Part shown: in pieces, positions 17,124-25,751 of the stretch
How the letters are laid out: every line of letters begins with the position of its first letter
Position numbering within the stretch: the first letter of the stretch is position 1
Assembly (NCBI GenBank): GCA_964423985.1
Contig: CAYRGE010000001.1
Span: 1-36,992 of the forward strand
Source of the DNA: an uncultured Candidatus Saccharibacteria bacterium
GTDB taxonomy: Bacteria > Patescibacteriota > Minisyncoccia > Phycocordibacterales > CAYRGE01
Direction of reading: 5' to 3'
Length of the DNA stretch: 36,992 nucleotides
Notes under the pieces: model-generated
Seen by the model: only the letters and a program-made list of their open reading frames with translations
Told to the model about the DNA's origin: nothing
The model's database searches: none
Program-made: the position numbers and the translations under genes

Positions 17124-19610
17124 ATGATATTTCCTCGTGACATAATAAAAAGCACTAAATATCCAGTTTTTAAACTTGAAAACTTTTTGTCGCATAGTCT
17201 TAGGCATAAAACACAAAACACCATAGGGCTTATTGTTGTATTGCTTATACTAACAGAAGTTGCTGTTCGTATGCTTAATTACCTTAATCTGCTTGGGGGT
17301 GAAATCAGAGAGTTCTCTGTATTCTTTGTACCTAAAATTACGGGAATTGCACTAATTCTCTTTAGTGTATGGGTTATCTTTTTTTTAATGGAGGCATTTT
17401 TTTATTCAAAAAGCTATAAAGAAAAAGACAAAAAAACTAAAGTTAAAAATTTTTCTAATGAAGTAGACCTATTGAGTTTTGAGGTTGGAAAAATTATATA
17501 TCGCGCGAATAGAAACGATGAAGATATAACAAAGGGATTTTTCCTGTCTTCAATGGGTAGGCGCATTTTACTTCGCTCAGGTGTTAGTATTCGTGAGCAA
17601 GAATATTTTTTTGGCGTTCGTGTAGGTACCTTATATGGAATACAAATTCCAGTTGATAAGCAAGAACAGCTTTTTATACTTCCCGACCTTGTGGAGTTAA
17701 TCTTAAATAAAGACACAGAGCTTAAGGAATTTTTGTTTAAATTGGGTGTTCAAGTAGGTGAACTTCGTGGTGCCGCGGAGTGGGTGTGCAGAGAAAATGA
17801 AAATAAGAAAATAAAAGAAAGATGGTGGTCACGTGAAAACCTTTCTCAAATCCCTGGAATTGGGAAAGATTGGGCATATGGTGGTGCATATAAGTTAAAA
17901 AAATATGGACACGAGATAGTCGGCACTAATTATGGGAATATGAGTAATATTGGTCTTTTAAAACGCGAGCCCGAATTTAATCAACTCAAGGACGCATTGT
18001 TGCGAGCAAGCAAGTCAAATGTACTTTTGGTTGGTAGTCTTGGTGTTGGGGTAATGGATTTAGTGTATGTTCTTGCTCGTAAGGTTCACTCAAAAACAAT
18101 AAACCCAGCATTGGAGGGCAGGAAGGTTGTGTTGTTGGATACGAACCTTTTAATATCTGAAACAAGAAACAAGGGAGACTTTGAACATGAGGTTATGTGT
18201 ATTTTTGAAGACGCCATTGGTGCTGGAAATATTATTTTAGTCATTAAAAACTTGCCAGAATTTACAATGAGTGCTCGTGCAATAGGGTCAAATATATCCA
18301 GTATTCTCGCCCCATATTTTTCTTCTAGCGCAATACAAATTATTGCAACAAGCGATAAAGATGCATACCATCATATTCTTGAGCGAAATGCGTACATAAT
18401 GAACGAATTTGAAAAAATCTCAATAAACGAGACAGACAATGAATCTACTATTGCTGTGCTGGAAAAAACAGCAGAGCAGTTTGAGTTGACGGAAGGGTTG
18501 TTTTTTACCTATCCTGCAATTCTTGAGATTGTAAATAGTGCAAATCAATATATTACAGAAGGAAGTATGCCTAATAAGGCTATTGATTTATTAATCAACC
18601 TTGTTTCTGTTGTGCATAGAAAACAAAAAACTGTAGTCGTAAAAGAAGATGTGCTTGATTTAATAGAGGATAAAACAAGTATCCCGGTTGGGAAAATTAA
18701 ACAGAAAGAACGCGAACAGCTTGAACAAATGGAGGATTTTTTACACAAGCGAGTTGTTGGTCAAAATGAGGCAATCCACGCAATTTCAGATGCAATGTGT
18801 CGCTCGCGTGCTGGTGTTCGCAATATGTCAAGACCAATCAGCTCCTTTTTATTTTTAGGTCCTACAGGTGTTGGTAAAACAGAGACAGTAAAAGCACTCG
18901 CAGAAAGTTTTTTTGGCGACGAGAATAAAATAACACGCTTTGATATGTCTGAGTATCAAGGAATGGATGCACTTATTCGGCTTATTGGTGAGAGCAGGAC
19001 AAACTCTGCTGGTGCACTAGCTACTAGTTTAAGGGACCGTCCTTATGGAATCCTGCTTCTTGATGAATTTGAAAAAACAAACACAGATGTACATAATTTA
19101 TTTTTGCAAATTCTTGATGAAGGATTTTTTACCGATGCATATGCCAAAAAAATCAATGTAAGGAATATGATTATCGTTGCAACCTCAAATGCTGGTAGTG
19201 ATATAATTTGGGATATCACAAAGAAAGGTGGGGATCTTTTGGCAAGTAAAAATGAATTTATCGATGAAATAGTAACAGAGGGAACATTTAAGCCAGAATT
19301 GCTTAATAGGTTTGATAAGATTGTTTTGTTTCACCCATTAAGCAAAGAACACTTGCGTGATATAGCTGAGATATCTCTTTTGCGACTCAGCAAGCGACTT
19401 CGCATTAAAAACAGCATTGAATTTATAGTGAATGAAGCTGTTATAAATTTTGTTGCTAGGCAAGGGTATAAACGATCGTTTGGCGCTCGTCCAATGAGGC
19501 GTTTTATTCAGGAAAATATTGAACAAAATATCGCAGAGAATATTATAAATGGACAAATACAAAAGGGGCAACACATAGGGTTTGACTCAGAAGGAAACAT
19601 AAAATTATAA
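17124..19610 (+). CDS. Membrane-anchored Clp/Hsp100-like AAA+ protein with degenerate D1 and intact D2
   Basis: 828 aa with 1-2 N-terminal hydrophobic helices (aa 33-53, 64-94) and Clp_N-like repeats. D1 is alignable to ClpB/ClpC, but Walker A reads GSLGVGVM (nt 18033-18056), Walker B reads ILVIKN and the RRFQ position reads NEFE. D2 is intact: GPTGVGKT (18858-18881), ILLLDEFEK, ATSNAG, ELLNRFD, GARPMRR. There is no IGF/LGF ClpP loop and no long M-domain. Confidence 0.8.
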   Translation: MIFPRDIIKSTKYPVFKLENFLSHSLRHKTQNTIGLIVVLLILTEVAVRMLNYLNLLGGEIREFSVFFVPKITGIALILFSVWVIFFLMEAFFYSKSYKEKDKKTKVKNFSNEVDLLSFEVGKIIYRANRNDEDITKGFFLSSMGRRILLRSGVSIREQEYFFGVRVGTLYGIQIPVDKQEQLFILPDLVELILNKDTELKEFLFKLGVQVGELRGAAEWVCRENENKKIKERWWSRENLSQIPGIGKDWAYGGAYKLKKYGHEIVGTNYGNMSNIGLLKREPEFNQLKDALLRASKSNVLLVGSLGVGVMDLVYVLARKVHSKTINPALEGRKVVLLDTNLLISETRNKGDFEHEVMCIFEDAIGAGNIILVIKNLPEFTMSARAIGSNISSILAPYFSSSAIQIIATSDKDAYHHILERNAYIMNEFEKISINETDNESTIAVLEKTAEQFELTEGLFFTYPAILEIVNSANQYITEGSMPNKAIDLLINLVSVVHRKQKTVVVKEDVLDLIEDKTSIPVGKIKQKEREQLEQMEDFLHKRVVGQNEAIHAISDAMCRSRAGVRNMSRPISSFLFLGPTGVGKTETVKALAESFFGDENKITRFDMSEYQGMDALIRLIGESRTNSAGALATSLRDRPYGILLLDEFEKTNTDVHNLFLQILDEGFFTDAYAKKINVRNMIIVATSNAGSDIIWDITKKGGDLLASKNEFIDEIVTEGTFKPELLNRFDKIVLFHPLSKEHLRDIAEISLLRLSKRLRIKNSIEFIVNEAVINFVARQGYKRSFGARPMRRFIQENIEQNIAENIINGQIQKGQHIGFDSEGNIKL

Positions 19611-20548
19611 TGGTAAAAATCTTATATATATTGCAAAAAATAACAGAAAACCACCTCATTGTTATATCCATTGCTTTTTTTGTTGGCATTGTCTATGCAG
19701 AACAAATGATGAGCATAGCACATTTGAGCACATTTTTTTTGGCAATAATTTTCTTCTTAAGTTCTCTTAAAATTAACTTTTCAAAAATACGAGAACATTT
19801 AGATGATAAATGGATGTTGTTTGTAGTTAACATTTTTACACTACTTGTCTTACCTGTAGTTGTGTATTATATTGCTTCAGCAATATACCCACCAATAGCC
19901 TTGGCATTATTGTTGTTAGCAGCTATGCCTGCAGGAATGACGACACCACTTTTGGCAGAAATCTGTGGAGGCAAGCAAAGCTTGGCACTCGTTCTTACTA
20001 TTACTACATCTCTTCTGGCCCCGATTACGGTGCCATTGATTGTTAAATTAGTCGCTGGGTCTTATATTGATGTTAGTTTTATTGATATGTTCAAGACACT
20101 GGTGTTGGTTATATATATACCCTTCATTGTCGCTCAGATAGTTAAAATGTTTTGGCAAAAAAACATTGACCGCGTCTCTAGTGTTTTCAAAACAATGTCT
20201 ACAATTTTTTTGTGTCTATTAATCTCGTCTATAGTTGCAAAACATTCCGATGTGATAGTAGTAAGCCTTGGAGGTGGCGGGGATGTTTTTATTTATTTAG
20301 CAGTTTTGTTTTTCTTTTTTTTAGTACTTCATTTTTTAGGATATTTAGCGGTTTTTTGGAGAGAAAAGAGAGATCGTGTTACCATAGCAGTGTGTCTAAC
20401 TTATATGAATTTTACGCTTGCAATAGAATTAGCTAGTAAGTTTTTTCCAGAACCAAACATTTTAATTCCAGTAGTGTTGTCTGTAATTCCGTGGGCGTTA
20501 ATGATTGTTCCGTGTAAGATTGCTATTCGTAGATTACATATGGTTTAG
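19610..20548 (+). CDS. Bile acid:sodium symporter (BASS/SBF-like) family transporter
   Basis: 312 aa with about 9-10 hydrophobic helices. The segment LLLLAAMPAGMTTPLLAEICGG resembles the SBF core motif. The ATG overlaps the upstream stop (TAATG at 19608-19612). Confidence 0.6.
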   Translation: MVKILYILQKITENHLIVISIAFFVGIVYAEQMMSIAHLSTFFLAIIFFLSSLKINFSKIREHLDDKWMLFVVNIFTLLVLPVVVYYIASAIYPPIALALLLLAAMPAGMTTPLLAEICGGKQSLALVLTITTSLLAPITVPLIVKLVAGSYIDVSFIDMFKTLVLVIYIPFIVAQIVKMFWQKNIDRVSSVFKTMSTIFLCLLISSIVAKHSDVIVVSLGGGGDVFIYLAVLFFFFLVLHFLGYLAVFWREKRDRVTIAVCLTYMNFTLAIELASKFFPEPNILIPVVLSVIPWALMIVPCKIAIRRLHMV

Positions 20549-20615
20549 TGTTAAAGTTTATATTTTGAATAATTGCAGAACATAAACTCTTGCTGTTTTT
20601 ATTACATAAAAAACA

Positions 20616-21572
20616 ATGACTTCATTTTGGAATAATCTTAAAAAACCATTTTTTGCTTTAGCACCACTTGCTGATGTTACAGACCCAGCGTTTCGTAGTA
20701 TTATTGCAAAATATGGCAAACCAGATGTTATTTGGACAGAGTTTGTGTCGGCAGACGGGCTTGCACATCCTGAAGCAAGAGAAAAATTACTTCACTCTTT
20801 TTTGTATAATGAAAACGAAAGACCTATTGTGGCACAAATCTTTGGAGCGAAACCAGAAAATATAAAAACAGCCTCTCGGCTTGTAGCTAGTCTTGGTTTT
20901 GAGGGTGTTGATATAAATATGGGCTGTCCAGATAAGAGAATTGACAAACAGGGTGCTGGTGCGGCACTAATAAAAACACCTAAACTTGCACGAGAAATAA
21001 TTCGCGCAGCAAAAGAGGGAGCGGGAGACATTCCAGTGTCTGTGAAAACTCGCATAGGTTATAATAAAAATGAAATTGACGAATGGATACCAGAGATACT
21101 TGCAGAAAACCCCGCTGCTATTACTGTGCATTTGCGTACACGCAAAGAAATGTCCAAAGCTAAAGCACAGTGGAGTTTAATGCCAAAAATAGTTGAACTT
21201 GTAAAAGAAACCGATATTGTCGTAATAGGTAATGGCGATGTGCTTGACATAAATGACGCAAAAGAAAAAGCAAAAGAAAGCGGAGTAGATGGTGTTATGC
21301 TTGGCAGGGCAATATTTGGAAATCCGTGGCTTTTTAATCAAGAAATAAACAAAAAAGATATTACAATCAAAGAGCGAATGCAAGTAATGGTTGAACACAC
21401 AAATCTTTTTGAAAAATTATGTGGCTGTAGGAATTTCGCAATAATGAAAAAGCACTATAAAGCATATTCGGCGGGGTTTGAGGGGTCAAAAGAATTACGA
21501 ATTAAATTAATGGCAACAAAAAATGCAAAGGAAGTAGAGCAAATTGTTACTTCAAGCTCTATTTTTAGTTAA
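20616..21572 (+). CDS. dus: tRNA-dihydrouridine synthase
   Basis: 318 aa with LAPLADVTDPAFRSI, VDINMGCP and a TIM-barrel FMN-site pattern (VSVKTRIG, ITVHLRT). Confidence 0.9.
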   Translation: MTSFWNNLKKPFFALAPLADVTDPAFRSIIAKYGKPDVIWTEFVSADGLAHPEAREKLLHSFLYNENERPIVAQIFGAKPENIKTASRLVASLGFEGVDINMGCPDKRIDKQGAGAALIKTPKLAREIIRAAKEGAGDIPVSVKTRIGYNKNEIDEWIPEILAENPAAITVHLRTRKEMSKAKAQWSLMPKIVELVKETDIVVIGNGDVLDINDAKEKAKESGVDGVMLGRAIFGNPWLFNQEINKKDITIKERMQVMVEHTNLFEKLCGCRNFAIMKKHYKAYSAGFEGSKELRIKLMATKNAKEVEQIVTSSSIFS

Positions 21573-21683
21573 TTTTTTTATAATTTGAAGGTTTTGTTAT
21601 TTAAGACTAGAAACATATATAAATTTATATACCACAATTTTACTAAATAGTTTTAGTAATACTAAATATAGGGTATAATAATA

Positions 21684-21971
21684 ATGATGATGGAAGGAAT
21701 ACTAAAAGCAGACATTTTTTTTGTTGTAACAACAATAGTGATTGTGTTTGTTGCGATTGCTGTAATAGTTGCAGTCGTTTATGTTATTTTAATTCTTCGT
21801 GATATCAAAAACATTTCATTTTGTGCACGAAAAGAGATTAAACATATTTCAGAAGATTTGGTTTTATTGAGAGAAAACACTCGTAGTAGAGGGTTAAGGG
21901 TGGTACATTTTTTAGAGTTCCTTAGCAGGTTCTTTAAAAGGAATAGAATTAAGAATAGAAGAAAGAAATAA
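21684..21971 (+). CDS. Small membrane-anchored protein (DUF948/YtxG-like layout?)
   Basis: 95 aa with one N-terminal TM helix followed by a charged helical tail. TATAAT at 21673-21678 lies just upstream. The family assignment is tentative. Confidence 0.4.
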   Translation: MMMEGILKADIFFVVTTIVIVFVAIAVIVAVVYVILILRDIKNISFCARKEIKHISEDLVLLRENTRSRGLRVVHFLEFLSRFFKRNRIKNRRKK

Positions 21972-21996
21972 GATTATAAAATAATTATATTAGACT

Positions 21997-22410
21997 ATGG
22001 CAATAAAAAAACAGAGCAATAAAAAACACAATAAGCAGGGATTGGCAATAACAGCCGTAGTGGCGTCTCTTGTTGCTGGAGCATATTTTCTTAGTGATAA
22101 CAAGCAGGTGAAAAAAAATAAAAAAATAGTAAAAGGTTGGATGTTAAAAGCAAAAGGCGAAGTTCTTGATAAAATGGAGAAAGTTCAAGATCTCAAAAAG
22201 TCAGACTATGAAAAAATAATAAATTCAGTTTCCAATAAATATAAAAAACTAAAGAGTGTAAACAGTAAGGAAATTCAAGATCTCACACGAGACCTAAAGA
22301 AGCAATGGGTTCACATAAACAAAGACATAATAAAAAACTCTCCTGCGAAAACTCCAGCAAAAAAATGCAAAAGAACAAAAGTTGCTAAGGTTAAAGCCAA
22401 AAAGAAGTAA
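21997..22410 (+). CDS. Lys-rich membrane-anchored protein (YtxH-like layout?)
   Basis: 137 aa with an N-terminal hydrophobic segment LAITAVVASLVAGAYFL followed by a long K/E-rich helical region. The family assignment is tentative. Confidence 0.4.
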   Translation: MAIKKQSNKKHNKQGLAITAVVASLVAGAYFLSDNKQVKKNKKIVKGWMLKAKGEVLDKMEKVQDLKKSDYEKIINSVSNKYKKLKSVNSKEIQDLTRDLKKQWVHINKDIIKNSPAKTPAKKCKRTKVAKVKAKKK

Positions 22411-22455
22411 GCGTAATATATTTTTTGCTTATTATTCATAAAAAATAGTATTAAT

Positions 22456-23517
22456 ATGCAAAATATTGTATTTTATCGCAAATATAGACCAAAGGTTTTC
22501 TCGGATGTTCTAGGGCAGGAGCATATAGTTAGTGTGCTTGAAAATGCAATTAAACAAAGCAGTGTTGCACATGCGTATCTGTTTGAAGGACCTCGTGGAA
22601 CAGGCAAAACTTCTGTTGCTAGAATCTTAGCAACAGAAGTTGGTGTTACTAACAATGATCTTCACGAAATTGATGCAGCAAGCAATAGGGGAATTGATGA
22701 CATACGACAATTGCGTGAATCAGTGCAAAACCTTCCGTTTGAGTCTGAACAAAAAATATACATAATAGACGAAGTTCATATGCTTACAAAAGAGGCTTTT
22801 AATGCGCTTTTGAAAACCCTTGAAGAGCCACCTAGACATGTAATATTTATACTTGCAACAACTGAACTGAGTAAAATTCCAGAAACAATAGTTTCTCGTT
22901 GTCAGGTATTTCATTTTAAGAAACCAACACTGGCTATTCTAAAAAAAACAGTTTTAAGTATTTCAAAAAAAGAAGGACTAAGTATTGATTTAAGTACTGC
23001 TGAATTAATTGCATTTTTAGGAGATGGTTCGTTTCGTGACACACTTGGTGTGCTTCAGAAAATTACTATATCGGCGAATAAAAAGAAAATAACAAGCAAA
23101 GAGGTTGAAAAAATTACTGGAATACCAAAGAATGTGCTTGTAAATAAAGCAATAAGAGGGCTTGTTTTTTGCGAAGGCAATACAGCACTAGATGCTGTGA
23201 ATGAAGCAGACAAAGAGGGAGTAGAAATTAAAATATTTTTAAATCTTATTTTACAAAAACTTCGTATCATACTTTTAATACGATTTGGAAGTAACCTAGA
23301 AAGTATAGCGAAAGAACAAATCACAGATGAAGACTTTATGTTCTTAAAAGAAATAAGCCAAGATGGGAATATAAAACTTAATTCTGGTACAATAAAAACG
23401 CTACTTGAAGCATATGATAATATGAGATATTCTTCAATTTCTACACTACCGCTTGAGCTTGCAATTATGGAAATTGTTGAAAAACAAAAACAAGATTGCC
23501 AAAAGCACGCATCTTAA
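22456..23517 (+). CDS. dnaX: DNA polymerase III gamma/tau subunit (short form, domains I-III only)
   Basis: 353 aa with YRKYRPKVFSDVLGQEH, Walker A GPRGTGKTS, Walker B IYIIDEVHML and the SRC motif VSRCQVF. There is no tau-specific C-terminal extension. Confidence 0.92.
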   Translation: MQNIVFYRKYRPKVFSDVLGQEHIVSVLENAIKQSSVAHAYLFEGPRGTGKTSVARILATEVGVTNNDLHEIDAASNRGIDDIRQLRESVQNLPFESEQKIYIIDEVHMLTKEAFNALLKTLEEPPRHVIFILATTELSKIPETIVSRCQVFHFKKPTLAILKKTVLSISKKEGLSIDLSTAELIAFLGDGSFRDTLGVLQKITISANKKKITSKEVEKITGIPKNVLVNKAIRGLVFCEGNTALDAVNEADKEGVEIKIFLNLILQKLRIILLIRFGSNLESIAKEQITDEDFMFLKEISQDGNIKLNSGTIKTLLEAYDNMRYSSISTLPLELAIMEIVEKQKQDCQKHAS

Positions 23518-23573
23518 TTTTTTTTATTGAGTATTCCTCTGTGTCTTTCTAGTGTATTAAAGCTCTTTGACGA

Positions 23574-23685
23574 TTTGCAATAACAGTGGACTAAACTGGT
23601 TTGCTTCGTCGTTCCGCTACCGCTACACTCCTCGCAAAGACGGGGATATAATGTCATTTTGTTTAACTTCTCGCAAAGACGGTGG
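23574..23685. repeat. Dispersed intergenic repeat family, locus C (head-to-tail units)
   Basis: Degenerate unit end tttgcaataacagtgga (23574-23590). Full unit ggtttgcttcgtcgttcc-gctaccgctaca-ctcctcgcaaagacgggg (23598-23645) followed by atataat. Partial unit cttctcgcaaagacggtgg (23667-23685). The lead-in actaaactgg matches acctaaacattgg in locus A. Confidence 0.7.
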
Positions 23686-23813
23686 ACGGAGAGTTGTGCT
23701 TGGTTGTTGAAGTATTGATTACTGGGCTTGACAAAATTGATTTTATATGTTTTTCTATATATAGATGTTTTGTTGTTTTTTAGTTCTTTGATTTAATACA
23801 AGGAGAGAGAAAA

Positions 23814-24374
23814 ATGAAATCAGTAATATTGTTTCCCATAACTTTTTTAGCCATTTTAGCTATTTGGGTGTTGGCGCTAGTCTCCATTGATGGCGTCCTC
23901 TCGATTGAGAAAAGCGAGAGCACCATATTTTCAACAGAAGATATGGTTAATACAAATATTGTTGCCGTCTCAAGTGAGGGGCTGCAACAAACATTAGCTA
24001 GCGAAAGAGTTTTTTTGATATCTAAGTTTGTTGATTTTGATAGGGGCGAGATAGACCTTGCCCTTGCGGTTAGCAACCATGTTTTTGGATTCATTATTGT
24101 TGAGTCCAAAAACGAAACTCTCACAGAGAAGGTTGTGAGAGTTTTAAGTTTTCTTACCTTAAATCAAGAATCAAGAAAAGAAGTTGCTAACACAAAATTT
24201 TCTTTGGTGGATTGGAGTGGCGATGTGTTCTATACACACCACATCATTATCCACCAAACCACCAAAGGGTGGACCCACCCTTTGGTGGTTGAGGAAAAAG
24301 TACTAGCCCTCTTTATTGAGGGACTTAAACAACAACAAGAAGAAGCTTTAGTGGCTTTATATGAGGAATATTAA
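23814..24374 (+). CDS. Hypothetical secreted or membrane-anchored protein
   Basis: 186 aa with an ATG start preceded by aaggagagag. It has an N-terminal signal-like hydrophobic segment (ILFPITFLAILAIWVLALVSI) and no recognisable motif. A strong terminator follows. Confidence 0.55.
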   Translation: MKSVILFPITFLAILAIWVLALVSIDGVLSIEKSESTIFSTEDMVNTNIVAVSSEGLQQTLASERVFLISKFVDFDRGEIDLALAVSNHVFGFIIVESKNETLTEKVVRVLSFLTLNQESRKEVANTKFSLVDWSGDVFYTHHIIIHQTTKGWTHPLVVEEKVLALFIEGLKQQQEEALVALYEEY

Positions 24375-24400
24375 TTCTTTGCAAAGCCAGCTAAGGCAAA

Positions 24401-24433
24401 GCCGTTCATTTTTTAAATGAACGGCTTTTTTTT
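24401..24433 (+). terminator. Rho-independent terminator
   Basis: 11-bp perfect stem gccgttcattt (24401-24411) / aaatgaacggc (24415-24425), 3-nt loop, then a T8 run (24426-24433). It sits between the convergent 23814-24374 (+) and 24473-25672 (-) genes. Confidence 0.8.
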
Positions 24434-24472
24434 GCAAGAGCAATCAGTTTATTCTTTTTGTGATAAATAACA

Positions 24473-25672
24473 TTACCTTGTATCAATAATTTTGTGGCTG
24501 AACCATATACCAATAAACATAATAAAACCAAGAATAAGAAACAAGTGCTTAAAGTCAATGTCTGTAATATAAAATAAGATGGTTGCAATAACAGGAGCAA
24601 TAATATATGCAACAGGTCGTGCATTGCGATAGAAGCTTATTATATTTGTATCCGAGGCATTTATTTGCTTAAAGAAATAACTTTCTGTGGTAACTTCAAT
24701 TAAACTTGCTCCTGTACGAGTAATAAACAATGCAATAACCCAAAGCCAAAATGTTTGTGTATTTATGAAAACAAGACATATGGTTGAAACACCAGTAATT
24801 AAGAAACCCAGTGTTAATATTTCTTTTTCTCCCCATTTTGTGTCTGCCAATTTGCCTGCTGGCCATTCAAATAAAACAAAAGGCAAAAGCATTATGGAGA
24901 AAATAAGACCCAGTTCGCTCCATGCAAAACCAATGTGTTCATGTAGATATATTGGCATATAAATAACCATCCATGCATAGAAAAACCTTAATAGCATTCC
25001 TGCCATAAAAATATTGTAAATATTTTTATTTTGTAATACTAATTTAAGAGTAGTTCGCGTATCAGTATGGCTATAAGTGGGGTCTTTGAACCCTCTAAAA
25101 TGAAACACAAAAAGAACAAGCATAAACATCATTAATACAGCAGAAATAAGATATAATTTTGTGTACCCTCCCGTTGTTATAAGTATCCCAGCAATTAAAG
25201 GAGATATCAGCAGTGCTGTATTTAGCACGGTCAAAAACACACCTCTTATTTCTCCGGTATGGTTGTCTTTAGAGTATTTTTCTAAAAATATATCAAGGTT
25301 TAAATAAACAAAAGATGTAGCGGCAAAATAGGCAATAAACATAGGAATAATCAAAAATGGAGATGTTGTAAATGCAAAACCCAATAAAAGCAAAATCATT
25401 ATCAAAACCAAGAAAAGAGTAGTTTTGTAATTCCCAAATCTATTTAATACAGTTGGAATGCAAAGTATTCCAACTGTTGTTGCAATAGAGCCCAATGTAT
25501 ACAATACACCAACAAGGTTTTTTGCTGTTTGGTGATCCCAGATAGTAGATAGCGAGTCGCTTATAAATGTTGAATTTATATATACTGGGATAGCAACAGA
25601 AAATGTAAAAATAAAAACCAGAATATTAATAAACCATATAAGGGATCGTCTGTCTTTTGTGGTGGAACTCAT
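24473..25672 (-). CDS. MFS-type transporter
   Basis: 399 aa with about 12 hydrophobic helices in a 6+6 layout. The loop after TM2 (PTVLNRFGNYK) sits at the position of the MFS signature. Confidence 0.65.
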   Translation of the reverse strand: MSSTTKDRRSLIWFINILVFIFTFSVAIPVYINSTFISDSLSTIWDHQTAKNLVGVLYTLGSIATTVGILCIPTVLNRFGNYKTTLFLVLIMILLLLGFAFTTSPFLIIPMFIAYFAATSFVYLNLDIFLEKYSKDNHTGEIRGVFLTVLNTALLISPLIAGILITTGGYTKLYLISAVLMMFMLVLFVFHFRGFKDPTYSHTDTRTTLKLVLQNKNIYNIFMAGMLLRFFYAWMVIYMPIYLHEHIGFAWSELGLIFSIMLLPFVLFEWPAGKLADTKWGEKEILTLGFLITGVSTICLVFINTQTFWLWVIALFITRTGASLIEVTTESYFFKQINASDTNIISFYRNARPVAYIIAPVIATILFYITDIDFKHLFLILGFIMFIGIWFSHKIIDTR

Positions 25673-25751
25673 ATTGGTATTTTTATGGTTTAGTTGTTCT
25701 GTAAAATAAAATATTTTTATTAATGTACCATACTTATTAACTGAATTGTCA

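Noticed and set aside
1-23685. The three repeat loci might be a CRISPR array or its remnants.
   Set aside because: The units are not regularly spaced with unique spacers. They occur in both orientations at loci kilobases apart, and no cas genes are present.
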